From positions 55,068 through 119,067 of the forward strand of contig JAXLSP010000006.1 in assembly GCA_046330515.1 (NCBI GenBank): a DNA stretch of 64,000 bases. The letters are read 5' to 3'. The notes under the pieces were generated by a model that was not told where the DNA came from, made no database searches, and saw only the letters and a program-made list of their open reading frames with translations. This stretch comes from Nocardioidaceae bacterium (GTDB lineage Bacteria; Actinomycetota; Actinomycetes; Propionibacteriales; Nocardioidaceae). Shown here in pieces: positions 49,163 through 57,342 of the stretch. The position numbers and the translations under genes are program-made. The first letter of the stretch is position 1, and each line of letters opens with the position of its first letter.

Positions 49163-50890
49163 ATGTCGATCTTTGCCGAGCTGACGCCCCGGGTGTCCGA
49201 GGCCATCGAGCGCGCGCTCGGCCCGGAGTTCGGCGGGCAGGACCCGGTGCTGCGTCCCAGCCAGTTCGGCGACGTCCAGGCCAACGCCGCGCTGGCGCTG
49301 GCCAAGCGCGTCGGCCGGTCCCCGCGTGACCTGGCCGCCAGCATCGTGCGCGAGCTGGACCTCGACGGCCTGTGCGACACGGTCGAGGTCAGCGGTCCCG
49401 GCTTCGTCAACCTGGTGCTGAGCGACTCCTGGATCTCGCGGCTCGTGTCGGCCCAGGCTGCCGACCCTCGCCTGGGCGTCCCGGTGCAGGACCGCCAGCA
49501 CATCCCCATCGACTACTCCGCCCCCAACGTCGCCAAGGAGATGCACGTCGGTCACCTCCGGACCACCGTGGTCGGTGACGCGCTCGCGCGGGTGCTCGAG
49601 CACCTCGGCCACCACGTGGTCCGGCAGAACCACATCGGCGACTGGGGCACCCCCTTCGGGATGCTCATCGAGCACCTCCTGGACGCCGGCGAGGACAGCG
49701 ACGAGGCGCGGCTGGTGGAGTCCGACCCCAACGCGTTCTACCAGGCGGCCCGCACGGCCTTCGACGCCGACGAGGAGTTCGCCCGGCGCGCACGAGCGCG
49801 CGTGGTCCTGCTGCAGGGAGGCGACCCGGAGACGCTGCGGCTCTGGGGCGAGCTCGTCGAGCTGTCCAAGCACTACTTCAACCGCATCTACGGCCGGCTC
49901 GGGGTGACCCTGACCGACGACGACCTCGCCGGTGAGTCGTCCTACAACGCCGACCTGGCCGGCATCTGCGACGAGCTCGAGGCCGCCGGGCTCGCGACGG
50001 TCAGCGACGGGGCGCTCTGTGTGTTCCTCGACGGCTACACCGGCCGTGAGGGCAGGCCGGTGCCCCTGATCATCCGCAAGTCCGACGGCGGCTACGGCTA
50101 TGCGACGACCGACCTGGCCACCGTCCGCCACCGGGTCGAGAGGCTGCACGCGGACCGCATCCTCTATGTGATCGGGGCGCCCCAGGCGCTGCACCTCACC
50201 ATGGTCTGGGAGACCGCCCGTCGCGCCGGCTGGCTGCCCGACACCACGACCGTCGTCCACGTGCAGATCGGCAACGTGCTGGGCGACGACCGCAAGCTGC
50301 TCCGCACCCGCTCGGGTGCGCCGCTGCGCCTCATGACCCTCCTGGACGAGGCGGAGTCGACGGCCCGCGCGGTCATCGACGAGGCGCGGCCGGACCTCGA
50401 CGAGCGGACGCGCGCCGCGATCGCGCCGCAGGTGGGCATCGGGGCGGTGAAGTACGCCGACCTCTCGGTGGCCCACGACAGCGAGTACGTCTTCGACCTC
50501 GACCGCATGGTGGCGCTGACCGGCAACACCGGCCCCTACCTGCAGTACGCCGCCGCCCGGATCCGGTCGATCTTCCGGACGGCCGGGCTGCGGGCCGGCG
50601 AGGTGGCGGACGGGATCGTCGTGGCCGCTCCCGAAGAACGGGCGCTCGCCCTGCTCCTCACCGAGTTCGCGACGGTCGTCGAGCAGGTCGGAGACCACCT
50701 CGAGCCCCACCGGCTGTGCGCCTACCTCTTCCAGCTGGCCCAGGCGTTCTCGGCGTTCTATGAGGCCTGCTCGGTGCTCAAGGCCGAGCCCGAGGTCCGC
50801 GCCTCCCGGCTCGCGCTGTGCGGTCTGACGCTGCGGGTCCTCGAGACGGGTCTCGACCTGCTGGGCCTGGAGTCGCCCGAGCGGATGTAG
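49163..50890 (+). CDS. argS: Arginine--tRNA ligase
   Basis: SAPNVAKEMHVGHLR (HIGH motif), full-length class I ArgRS architecture, C-terminal DALR-like anticodon-binding domain. Confidence 0.95.
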   Translation: MSIFAELTPRVSEAIERALGPEFGGQDPVLRPSQFGDVQANAALALAKRVGRSPRDLAASIVRELDLDGLCDTVEVSGPGFVNLVLSDSWISRLVSAQAADPRLGVPVQDRQHIPIDYSAPNVAKEMHVGHLRTTVVGDALARVLEHLGHHVVRQNHIGDWGTPFGMLIEHLLDAGEDSDEARLVESDPNAFYQAARTAFDADEEFARRARARVVLLQGGDPETLRLWGELVELSKHYFNRIYGRLGVTLTDDDLAGESSYNADLAGICDELEAAGLATVSDGALCVFLDGYTGREGRPVPLIIRKSDGGYGYATTDLATVRHRVERLHADRILYVIGAPQALHLTMVWETARRAGWLPDTTTVVHVQIGNVLGDDRKLLRTRSGAPLRLMTLLDEAESTARAVIDEARPDLDERTRAAIAPQVGIGAVKYADLSVAHDSEYVFDLDRMVALTGNTGPYLQYAAARIRSIFRTAGLRAGEVADGIVVAAPEERALALLLTEFATVVEQVGDHLEPHRLCAYLFQLAQAFSAFYEACSVLKAEPEVRASRLALCGLTLRVLETGLDLLGLESPERM

Positions 50891-50942
50891 GACGGCGCGC
50901 CAAATCTCTGGCCGAGGCCCGACTGCTGCCGATAGCAGGTGC

Positions 50943-51173
50943 ATGAGCGAAGCGACCGTGGCCGGCCCCGACCGTGCGCGCCGTCACCGGGCCGGCCGGA
51001 TGGTCTGGTTCCTCGGGGTGGCGCTGCTCGCGGCCCGTGCCCTCTCCACCTGGATCGGCCAGCATCCGCCCGAGTGGGCCGCCAACGGGCTCCTGGCGGC
51101 GGCCGACGCCCTCATGTTCGTGGGGATCCTGCTGATGCCGCCCGTCTGGCGCAAGAAGCCGAAGAAGGCCTGA
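50943..51173 (+). CDS. Small two-TM membrane protein (76 aa), hypothetical
   Basis: Two hydrophobic segments and a basic tail RKKPKKA. Confidence 0.4.
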   Translation: MSEATVAGPDRARRHRAGRMVWFLGVALLAARALSTWIGQHPPEWAANGLLAAADALMFVGILLMPPVWRKKPKKA

Positions 51174-51268
51174 GCCTAGGGTTGGCCCATGACCGACGAG
51201 GTCGTCGCCGCCGACCCGGACCACGAGCGCACGCCGAGGCCCAGGGGCCGGGAGCCCGGGGACGTGAC

Positions 51269-51784
51269 GTGATCCTCCCCAAGGTCCGCGACCCGCGTTT
51301 CGTGACCATCCGCCGCGGCGGCACCCTCACCGACGACGACCACCGTCGGCTGGCGCTCTGGGCGGCGACCAGCGCCGAGCACGTGCTGCCGCTCTTCGAG
51401 GCGGAGCGGCCCGAGGACCCCCGGCCGCGGGAGGCGATCGAGGCGGCCCGGGCCTGGGTGCGCGGCGAGCTGCCGATGATGCGGGCGCGGGCCGCCGGTG
51501 GTCACGCGATGGCGGCGGCTCGGGACCTGACGGGTGCGGCGCGGCATGCGGCGTTCGCCGCCGGTCAGGCCGGTGCGGTCGCGCATGTCGCGGCCCACGA
51601 GCTCGGCGCGGCGGCCTACGCGATCAAGGCCGCGCGCGCCGCCGTACCGACCGGGCAGAGTCACGTGGCGGGGCAGCGGGAGTGCGCGTGGCAACGTGAG
51701 CAGCTCCCGCCGGAGATCCGTGAGCTGGTGCTCGACGACCAGCGGCTGCGCAACGAGATCTGCTGGTCGGTCTTCGACTGCTGA
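51269..51784 (+). CDS. Ala-rich helical-repeat hypothetical protein (possibly Imm-5-like)
   Basis: GTG at 51269. LALWAATSAEHVLPLFE...AIEAARAWVRGE... is the pattern I associate with Imm-5-like proteins. Not verified. Confidence 0.45.
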   Translation: MILPKVRDPRFVTIRRGGTLTDDDHRRLALWAATSAEHVLPLFEAERPEDPRPREAIEAARAWVRGELPMMRARAAGGHAMAAARDLTGAARHAAFAAGQAGAVAHVAAHELGAAAYAIKAARAAVPTGQSHVAGQRECAWQREQLPPEIRELVLDDQRLRNEICWSVFDC

Positions 51785-51804
51785 GCGAGGCTCGGTCTCG
51801 AACC

Positions 51805-52212
51805 TCAGCCGACCTCGGCGTCACCGGTCTCGACGCGGGCGCGGATGCGCCGGAGGCCCACGCCGACCACGGGCAGGTAGGCGGGCGCCCACCACGGCAC
51901 CGCGATCTCCACGCGGCACCGGCCGGGTCCCGTGGCCGTCACCGTGTGCGCGGTCGCCGGGACGCCGAGGACCTCCCACGACCAGGAGCGGCGCGAACCC
52001 GTGTCGTGCCAGTCGGTGACTCGGAAGCCGACCCAGGCTCCCACCGGCGTCCGCACCGAGCCGGTCGCCCCGGCCTTGAGGCGCCGGGTGCCGTCGTCGA
52101 GTCTCGCCGCCCGCACGCTCGGACCCCACGCCGGCCAGCGGTCGAGGTCGACCAGCTCCAGCCAGGCGCGCTCCGCGCCCCCCGCGATGTCGATGCCCAG
52201 CCGTGGTCCCAC
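51805..52212 (-). CDS. SRPBCC (polyketide cyclase/dehydrase-like) family protein
   Basis: Size and the WLELVDLDRWPAWGPSV...W.W.V pattern. Confidence 0.6.
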   Translation of the reverse strand: MGPRLGIDIAGGAERAWLELVDLDRWPAWGPSVRAARLDDGTRRLKAGATGSVRTPVGAWVGFRVTDWHDTGSRRSWSWEVLGVPATAHTVTATGPGRCRVEIAVPWWAPAYLPVVGVGLRRIRARVETGDAEVG

Positions 52213-52458
52213 GGGTCGACGCTACGTCGCCGCCGAAGGGCCGGCCGCGGCCCGGTCTCCGGCGGTGAGGGCGGCAGGCCGGACACGCGACGCCCCCAGC
52301 AAGCGTCCCTCAGCAGCGTCAACCCGAGGACACCCGCCGCGCGGTGTGGGTCTGCCGCCCTCACCGGCTGCCTCAGCCAACCGCTGAGCGCCGGTGCCGC
52401 GCCACGGTCGGGAGGCCCCTGCCTGACGGGTCGAACGTCCCGGGAGACGGTCCAGACC

Positions 52459-52472
52459 GGGACCAAAGACCC
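52459..52472. promoter_or_regulatory. Dos-box-like half-degenerate palindrome GGGACCAAAGaCCC
   Basis: One mismatch from GGGACnnnnGTCCC. Lies 72 nt upstream of ATG 52544. Confidence 0.35.
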
Positions 52473-52543
52473 TTCGCGGCGGGGGACGGCAGGGGCAGAC
52501 TGAACGCCTGCAGGGGGACGGGCAACCGTGGACGGGAGAACAC

Positions 52544-52813
52544 ATGACAGCCTCCTGGCAGGTGAGCAGGACCGATGTGATGACCGCGACCGAGCGGGCC
52601 AACCGCCGGCTTCTCGTCATCGCGGAGCAGCTCGTCACCGAGTACGACGACGTCCCGACCGGATCGGTGCTGCGCTGCCTCTCCCGTGCGGTCGGCGCCG
52701 CCCGTGCCAAGGCGTGTGCCCCCGACGAGGTGCCGGAGCTGGCCGAAAGGCTGGCCCGAGACATGCTCGGCCGACGCCTCGAGCCCTGGGTCCCGGGGCC
52801 GCGTCCGAGCTGA
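52544..52813 (+). CDS. Hypothetical 89-aa protein
   Basis: ORF with GGGAGAA 7 nt upstream. Convergent with the response regulator. No family recognised. Confidence 0.35.
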   Translation: MTASWQVSRTDVMTATERANRRLLVIAEQLVTEYDDVPTGSVLRCLSRAVGAARAKACAPDEVPELAERLARDMLGRRLEPWVPGPRPS

Positions 52814-52819
52814 GCCGCG

Positions 52820-53473
52820 TCACTCCCGGTGCGTCACCGAGAAGACGGCGGCCTGCGTCCGCCGCTCGAGGCCCAGCTTGGCCAGGATCGAGGAGACGTA
52901 GTTCTTGACGGTCTTCTCCGCGAGGAAGATCTCCTGGGCGATCTGCCGGTTGGTCAGGCCCTGTCCGATCAGCTCGAGGATCCGGCGCTCCTGGGGGGTC
53001 AGCGTGGCCAGCGCCGGGTCGGCGTCGGGCCCGCGGCGCAGGCGTTCGAGCACCTGGCCGGTGAGCGCCGGGTCGATGAGCGACTGCCCGGAGGCCACCC
53101 GGCGGACGGCCTCGACCAGGTCGTCGCCCCGGACCTGCTTGAGCAGGTAGCCCGCTGCGCCGGCCATGATGGCCTCGAAGAGGGCCTCGTCGTCGTCGTA
53201 GGACGTGAGGATCAGCGCGGTGACCGACGGACAGTGCGACCGCACCTCTCGGCACACGTCGATGCCCGAGCCGTCGGGGAGCCGGGTGTCCAGGATGGCG
53301 ATGTCGGGGAGCACGGCGGGGATGCGCGCGACGGCCTCGCCTGCCGTGCCCGACTCTCCGACAACCGTCATGTCGGGCTCGTTCTCGAGCAGCTGGCGCA
53401 GCCCGCGGCGGACCAGCTCGTGGTCGTCGACCAGATAGACCGTGAGCGGATCTGGTCGCTTCGTGTCATTCAC
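52820..53473 (-). CDS. NarL/LuxR-family response regulator, DevR/DosR-like
   Basis: REC domain VYLVDDHELVRRGL...DIAILDTRLPDGSGI. HTH LTNRQIAQEIFLAEKTVKNYVSSILAKLGLERRTQAAVF closely resembles M. tuberculosis DevR as I recall it. Confidence 0.9.
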   Translation of the reverse strand: MNDTKRPDPLTVYLVDDHELVRRGLRQLLENEPDMTVVGESGTAGEAVARIPAVLPDIAILDTRLPDGSGIDVCREVRSHCPSVTALILTSYDDDEALFEAIMAGAAGYLLKQVRGDDLVEAVRRVASGQSLIDPALTGQVLERLRRGPDADPALATLTPQERRILELIGQGLTNRQIAQEIFLAEKTVKNYVSSILAKLGLERRTQAAVFSVTHRE

Positions 53474-53550
53474 GGGGACCTACTCCTGAGATCTTCTGGG
53501 CGTGATGCTACGCGCGCCGGGGCCTTCCCCGCGGTTACTCGGGTCACATC

Positions 53551-53570
53551 CACGGGACCAAAGTCCCGAG
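53551..53570. promoter_or_regulatory. Dos-box-type palindrome CACGGGACCAAAGTCCCGAG in the RR/HK divergent intergenic region
   Basis: Perfect GGGAC-N4-GTCCC core at 53554-53567. Compare the published DevR box TTSGGGACTWWAGTCCCSAA. Confidence 0.6.
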
Positions 53571-53636
53571 TCCGACGGGACGAGTGCTCATCCGTCGGCG
53601 ACCCGATGAGGGGAGGGTGGAGGCGATGACCCGTCG

Positions 53637-54785
53637 ATGCTCGAGGCGCGGTGGGTCCGCGGGCGAACGGATGGCGAGATGAGTCGGCGCGCACAGCCCC
53701 AGCCAGGATGGCCGCTCCCCGGTGACGCGGCCGCCGAGGTGCGGCTGCTCGCCGAGCTGCTCGACGCGATCCCGGACCGCGTGGGCTATGTCGACCGGCA
53801 CCGGGTGAGCCGCTACCGCAACCGTGCGATGCAGCAATTCCTGGGTCGCCCGGAGGACGACCGGCAGGGCGTCCCACTGCCAGAGCTGCTGGGACCGTCG
53901 CACTTCGCGGCCGTGGAGCGCTACGTCGACGGTGCCGTGGCCGGCGAGACCCAGTCGTTCGAGCGGACCATCGTGTCCTCCAGCGGCGACGAACGGCGCA
54001 GCGAGACGACCTACCTCCCCCGCGTGGGTCCGGACGGACCCGACGGCTTCTTCGTGGTGGTGGCCGACACCTCGCGGCGGGCGGAGGGCGAGTCGACGCG
54101 GGCCCGGGCCCTGATCCGCACCACGCTCCTCGAGGAGCGGGCCAGGATGGCGATCGCGATGCACGACGACGTCCTCCAGCGGCTCTTCGCCGTCGGGCTG
54201 GACCTGGAGCTCGTGACCGGACTGCCCGACGAGGCGGACCGCCGGGTGGAGGCCGCGCGCGCAGCGCTCCAGGACTGCATCGAGGGACTGCGCCTGACCA
54301 TCAAGGAGCTGTCGCGCGGGGGAGGGCCCGCGTCGCCTCTGGGCGCTGTGGACACCCTGGTGAGCAACGTGGCTCAGCCGCTCGGAATCGAGCCGACCGT
54401 GGAGCACCGCGGGTCTTTCGACACGATGCCGGACCACCTCACCGAGCAGCTGCTGACGGTGCTCGCCGAAGCGCTCGACAACGTGGTGTGCCACGCGAAC
54501 GCGACCGAGCTGGCGGTGACCCTGGTCGCCGAGGGGGGGGAGGTGGTGCTCACCGTGGCCGACAACGGGGTCGGCCTGGGGCACAGCATCCGGCTGGCCG
54601 GGGACAGCCCCGCCGCCGCCCGCAGCCTCGGTGTGATGCTCAACCAGGCCGTGCGGCTGGGCGGCACCCTGACGGCCGTCGACAACGACCCGCGCGGGAC
54701 CGTCCTGACCTGGCGGGTTCCGCTGCCCGAGGCCCCGGCGAGGCCGCCCGAAACTCGAGCGACGCCGACGCTCTCACCCGGCTAG
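53637..54785 (+). CDS. Cytoplasmic PAS-domain sensor histidine kinase (HisKA_3 + HATPase_c)
   Basis: PAS-like LLDAIPDRVGYVDR..., H-box MHDDVLQRLFAVGL, ATPase N/G boxes (VVCHANATE...VADNGVGLG). Alternative start at 53679. Confidence 0.85.
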   Translation: MLEARWVRGRTDGEMSRRAQPQPGWPLPGDAAAEVRLLAELLDAIPDRVGYVDRHRVSRYRNRAMQQFLGRPEDDRQGVPLPELLGPSHFAAVERYVDGAVAGETQSFERTIVSSSGDERRSETTYLPRVGPDGPDGFFVVVADTSRRAEGESTRARALIRTTLLEERARMAIAMHDDVLQRLFAVGLDLELVTGLPDEADRRVEAARAALQDCIEGLRLTIKELSRGGGPASPLGAVDTLVSNVAQPLGIEPTVEHRGSFDTMPDHLTEQLLTVLAEALDNVVCHANATELAVTLVAEGGEVVLTVADNGVGLGHSIRLAGDSPAAARSLGVMLNQAVRLGGTLTAVDNDPRGTVLTWRVPLPEAPARPPETRATPTLSPG

Positions 54786-54795
54786 GTTGCGGGGC

Positions 54796-55329
54796 ATGTC
54801 GACTCCCCGCACCGACCCACCGCTCGCCGCCGACGAGGTGACGATGCTCCGCTCGTTCCTCGACTTCTACCGCGCCACCCTGCGCCGCCAGGCCGAGGGG
54901 CTGACCCGTGAGCAGCTGGCGATCGCCCTGGCCCCGTCCACGATGACGTTGGGCGGCATGCTCAAGCACCTGGCGCTCGTCGAGGAGAGCTGGCTCGTCG
55001 AGACCTTCGGCGGGGAGCAGCTCGGCGCGCCCTGGGCCGACGTCGACTGGGAGGCCGACCCGGACTGGGACTGGCACTCGGCGGCCGACGACGACGCCTC
55101 CTCCCTCCTCGACCTGCATGCGCGCGCCGCCGCCGAGGTCGACCGACGGGTCGACGACGCCCTCGGCGGGGAAGGGCTCGACAGCCTGTCGGTCAAGCAC
55201 AGCCGGCGGCGCCCCGACGAGCGCTTCTCGCTGCGCTGGATCCTCGTCCACCTGATCGAGGAGTACGCGCGGCACGCGGGCCACGCCGACCTCATCCGGG
55301 AGTCGATCGACGGCGCCACCGACCTGTGA
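54796..55329 (+). CDS. DinB-family (DUF664, mycothiol-transferase-like) protein
   Basis: LRSFLDFYRATL...WILVHLIEEYARHAGHADLIRE. Confidence 0.8.
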   Translation: MSTPRTDPPLAADEVTMLRSFLDFYRATLRRQAEGLTREQLAIALAPSTMTLGGMLKHLALVEESWLVETFGGEQLGAPWADVDWEADPDWDWHSAADDDASSLLDLHARAAAEVDRRVDDALGGEGLDSLSVKHSRRRPDERFSLRWILVHLIEEYARHAGHADLIRESIDGATDL

Positions 55330-55391
55330 GGACCTCCTCGTGAGCGGGACGATCCGGCCGGCCACCGCTGCCGACTGACGTCGACCAGCGC

Positions 55392-55886
55392 TCAGACCCT
55401 CATCGAGCCGGACAGCTCGGGCGCCCAGGTCAGCGCTGCGGCCTCGGCTGCCAGGTCGTCGAGTGCGCGGGCGGCGGACTCGGGGAAGGGCGCGAGCCGA
55501 CGGGTGCCGAAGTCGACCCAGCCCTCGAGCGCCTCCATGCAGCCGGCGACCTCGGAGCGCGTGTCGTTGGCCAGATAGCTGACGAGGTGCAGCAGGGCTC
55601 CTGCGCGCCCGACGACCCGCAGCCGCACGGTGACGCGGTCCCCGACCAGCACCTCGCGCCGGTAGGTGATGTGCTGCTCGAGCGCGAACACGCCACCGAT
55701 GCCCGCCTCGGCCTCGGCGGCCCCGATCCCCATGCCGCCATAGATCGCCCACTCGGCGTCGTCGTAGATGCCGAGATAGCTGCGGACGTTCATGTGACCG
55801 TTGAGGTCGCCGTACTCGGGCGGGACGGTCACCGGGGGAGCGGACGGGAGGTCCGACACGTCGTCGTACGACGGCAGTCTGCGCAT
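55392..55886 (-). CDS. Hotdog-fold thioesterase family protein
   Basis: DLNGHMNVRSYLGIYDDA, size ~160 aa. Confidence 0.65.
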   Translation of the reverse strand: MRRLPSYDDVSDLPSAPPVTVPPEYGDLNGHMNVRSYLGIYDDAEWAIYGGMGIGAAEAEAGIGGVFALEQHITYRREVLVGDRVTVRLRVVGRAGALLHLVSYLANDTRSEVAGCMEALEGWVDFGTRRLAPFPESAARALDDLAAEAAALTWAPELSGSMRV

Positions 55887-55938
55887 GCGCCGATTGTGCC
55901 GTGCGGAAAGGGGTTGCGCGCGGGGCTAGCGTGATCGG

Positions 55939-57342
55939 GTGACCCTTGAAGGCTCCCTCACGGCACCCACGATCGGAACGCTCGGCGAGCTGCGCGCGTC
56001 GGGACACGTCCAGAAGCACCTCCGCCAGGAGATCCGCGACAACCTGCTGGCCAAGCTGCGCACCGGCGAGGACCCGTGGCCGGGCCTGCACGGCTTCGAG
56101 GGGACCGTCATCCCGCAGCTCGAGCGGGCGCTGATCGCCGGCCACGACGTCGTGCTGCTGGGCGAGCGCGGCCAGGGCAAGACCCGGCTGCTGCGCACGC
56201 TGGTGGGGCTCCTGGACGAGTGGACCCCGGTCATCGGCGGCAGCGAGATCGCCGAGCACCCCTTCGAGCCGATCACCGTGGAGTCCCGACGCCGCGCCGA
56301 GGAGCTCGGCGACGAGCTGCCGGTGGCGTGGCGGCACCGGGACGAGCGCTACGCCGAGAAGCTCGCCACCCCGGACACCTCGGTGGCCGACCTGATCGGT
56401 GACGTCGACCCGATCAAGGTCGCCGAGGGGCGTAGCCTGGGCGACCCGGAGACCATCCATTTCGGGCTCATCCCACGCTCGCACCGCGGCATCGTGGCCA
56501 TCAACGAGCTGCCCGATCTCGCCGAGCGGATCCAGGTCGCGATGCTCAACGTGATGGAGGAGCGCGACATCCAGATCCGCGGCTATGTCCTGCGGCTGCC
56601 GCTCGACGTGCTGGTCGTGGCCTCGGCCAACCCCGAGGACTACACCAACCGCGGCCGCATCATCACCCCCCTCAAGGACCGGTTCGGCGCGGAGATCCGC
56701 ACCCACTACCCCGTCGAGCTCGACGACGAGCTCGCGGTGATCCGGCAGGAGGCGCACCTGGTGGCCCGGGTGCCCGACCACCTGATCGAGATCCTCGCCC
56801 GGTTCACCCGCGCGCTGCGCGAGTCCAACGCGGTCGACCAGCGGTCCGGCGTGAGCGCGCGCTTCGCCATCGCCGGTGCCGAGACGATCGCGGCCGCCGC
56901 GCTGCGTCGCGCCACGTCGACCGGTGAGGACGAGGCGGTGGCGAGGGTCGTCGACCTCGAGACGGCCGTCGAGGTGCTCGGCGGCAAGGTCGAGTTCGAG
57001 ACGGGGGAGGAGGGCCGCGAGCGCGAGATCCTCACCCACCTGCTCCGGACGGCCACCGCCGAGGCGGTCCGCGAGCACTTCCGCGGCCTCGACTTCCGGC
57101 TGCTCGTCGACGCGATCGAGAGCGGCTCGATGGTCGTGACGGGCGACCGGGTGCGGGCCCGGGACTTCCTGGCCGGGCTGCCCGTGCTGGGGGAGTCCGA
57201 GCTCTACGACCAGGTCTGCGACCGGCTCCAGGCGGGCAACGACGGTGAGCGTGCGGGCGCCATCGAGCTCGCTCTGGAGGGGCTCTACCTCGCGCGCAAG
57301 ATCGGCAAGGAGTCCGACGGCGGGGAGACGGTCTACGGATGA
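55939..57342 (+). CDS. AAA+ ATPase (Mg-chelatase ChlI / sigma-54-interaction-domain-like)
   Basis: Walker A LLGERGQGKTRL, Walker B-like GIVAINELPDL. GTG start. Confidence 0.8.
   Translation: MTLEGSLTAPTIGTLGELRASGHVQKHLRQEIRDNLLAKLRTGEDPWPGLHGFEGTVIPQLERALIAGHDVVLLGERGQGKTRLLRTLVGLLDEWTPVIGGSEIAEHPFEPITVESRRRAEELGDELPVAWRHRDERYAEKLATPDTSVADLIGDVDPIKVAEGRSLGDPETIHFGLIPRSHRGIVAINELPDLAERIQVAMLNVMEERDIQIRGYVLRLPLDVLVVASANPEDYTNRGRIITPLKDRFGAEIRTHYPVELDDELAVIRQEAHLVARVPDHLIEILARFTRALRESNAVDQRSGVSARFAIAGAETIAAAALRRATSTGEDEAVARVVDLETAVEVLGGKVEFETGEEGREREILTHLLRTATAEAVREHFRGLDFRLLVDAIESGSMVVTGDRVRARDFLAGLPVLGESELYDQVCDRLQAGNDGERAGAIELALEGLYLARKIGKESDGGETVYG

Noticed and set aside
47810-50944. 1044-aa minus-strand ORF antisense to the HNH gene and argS
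   Set aside because: Shadow ORF. argS and HNH are clearly the real genes.
54640-57078. 812-aa minus-strand ORF across the DinB, thioesterase and AAA genes
   Set aside because: It crosses several well-supported genes, including one on its own strand in a different frame, and has a low-complexity translation.
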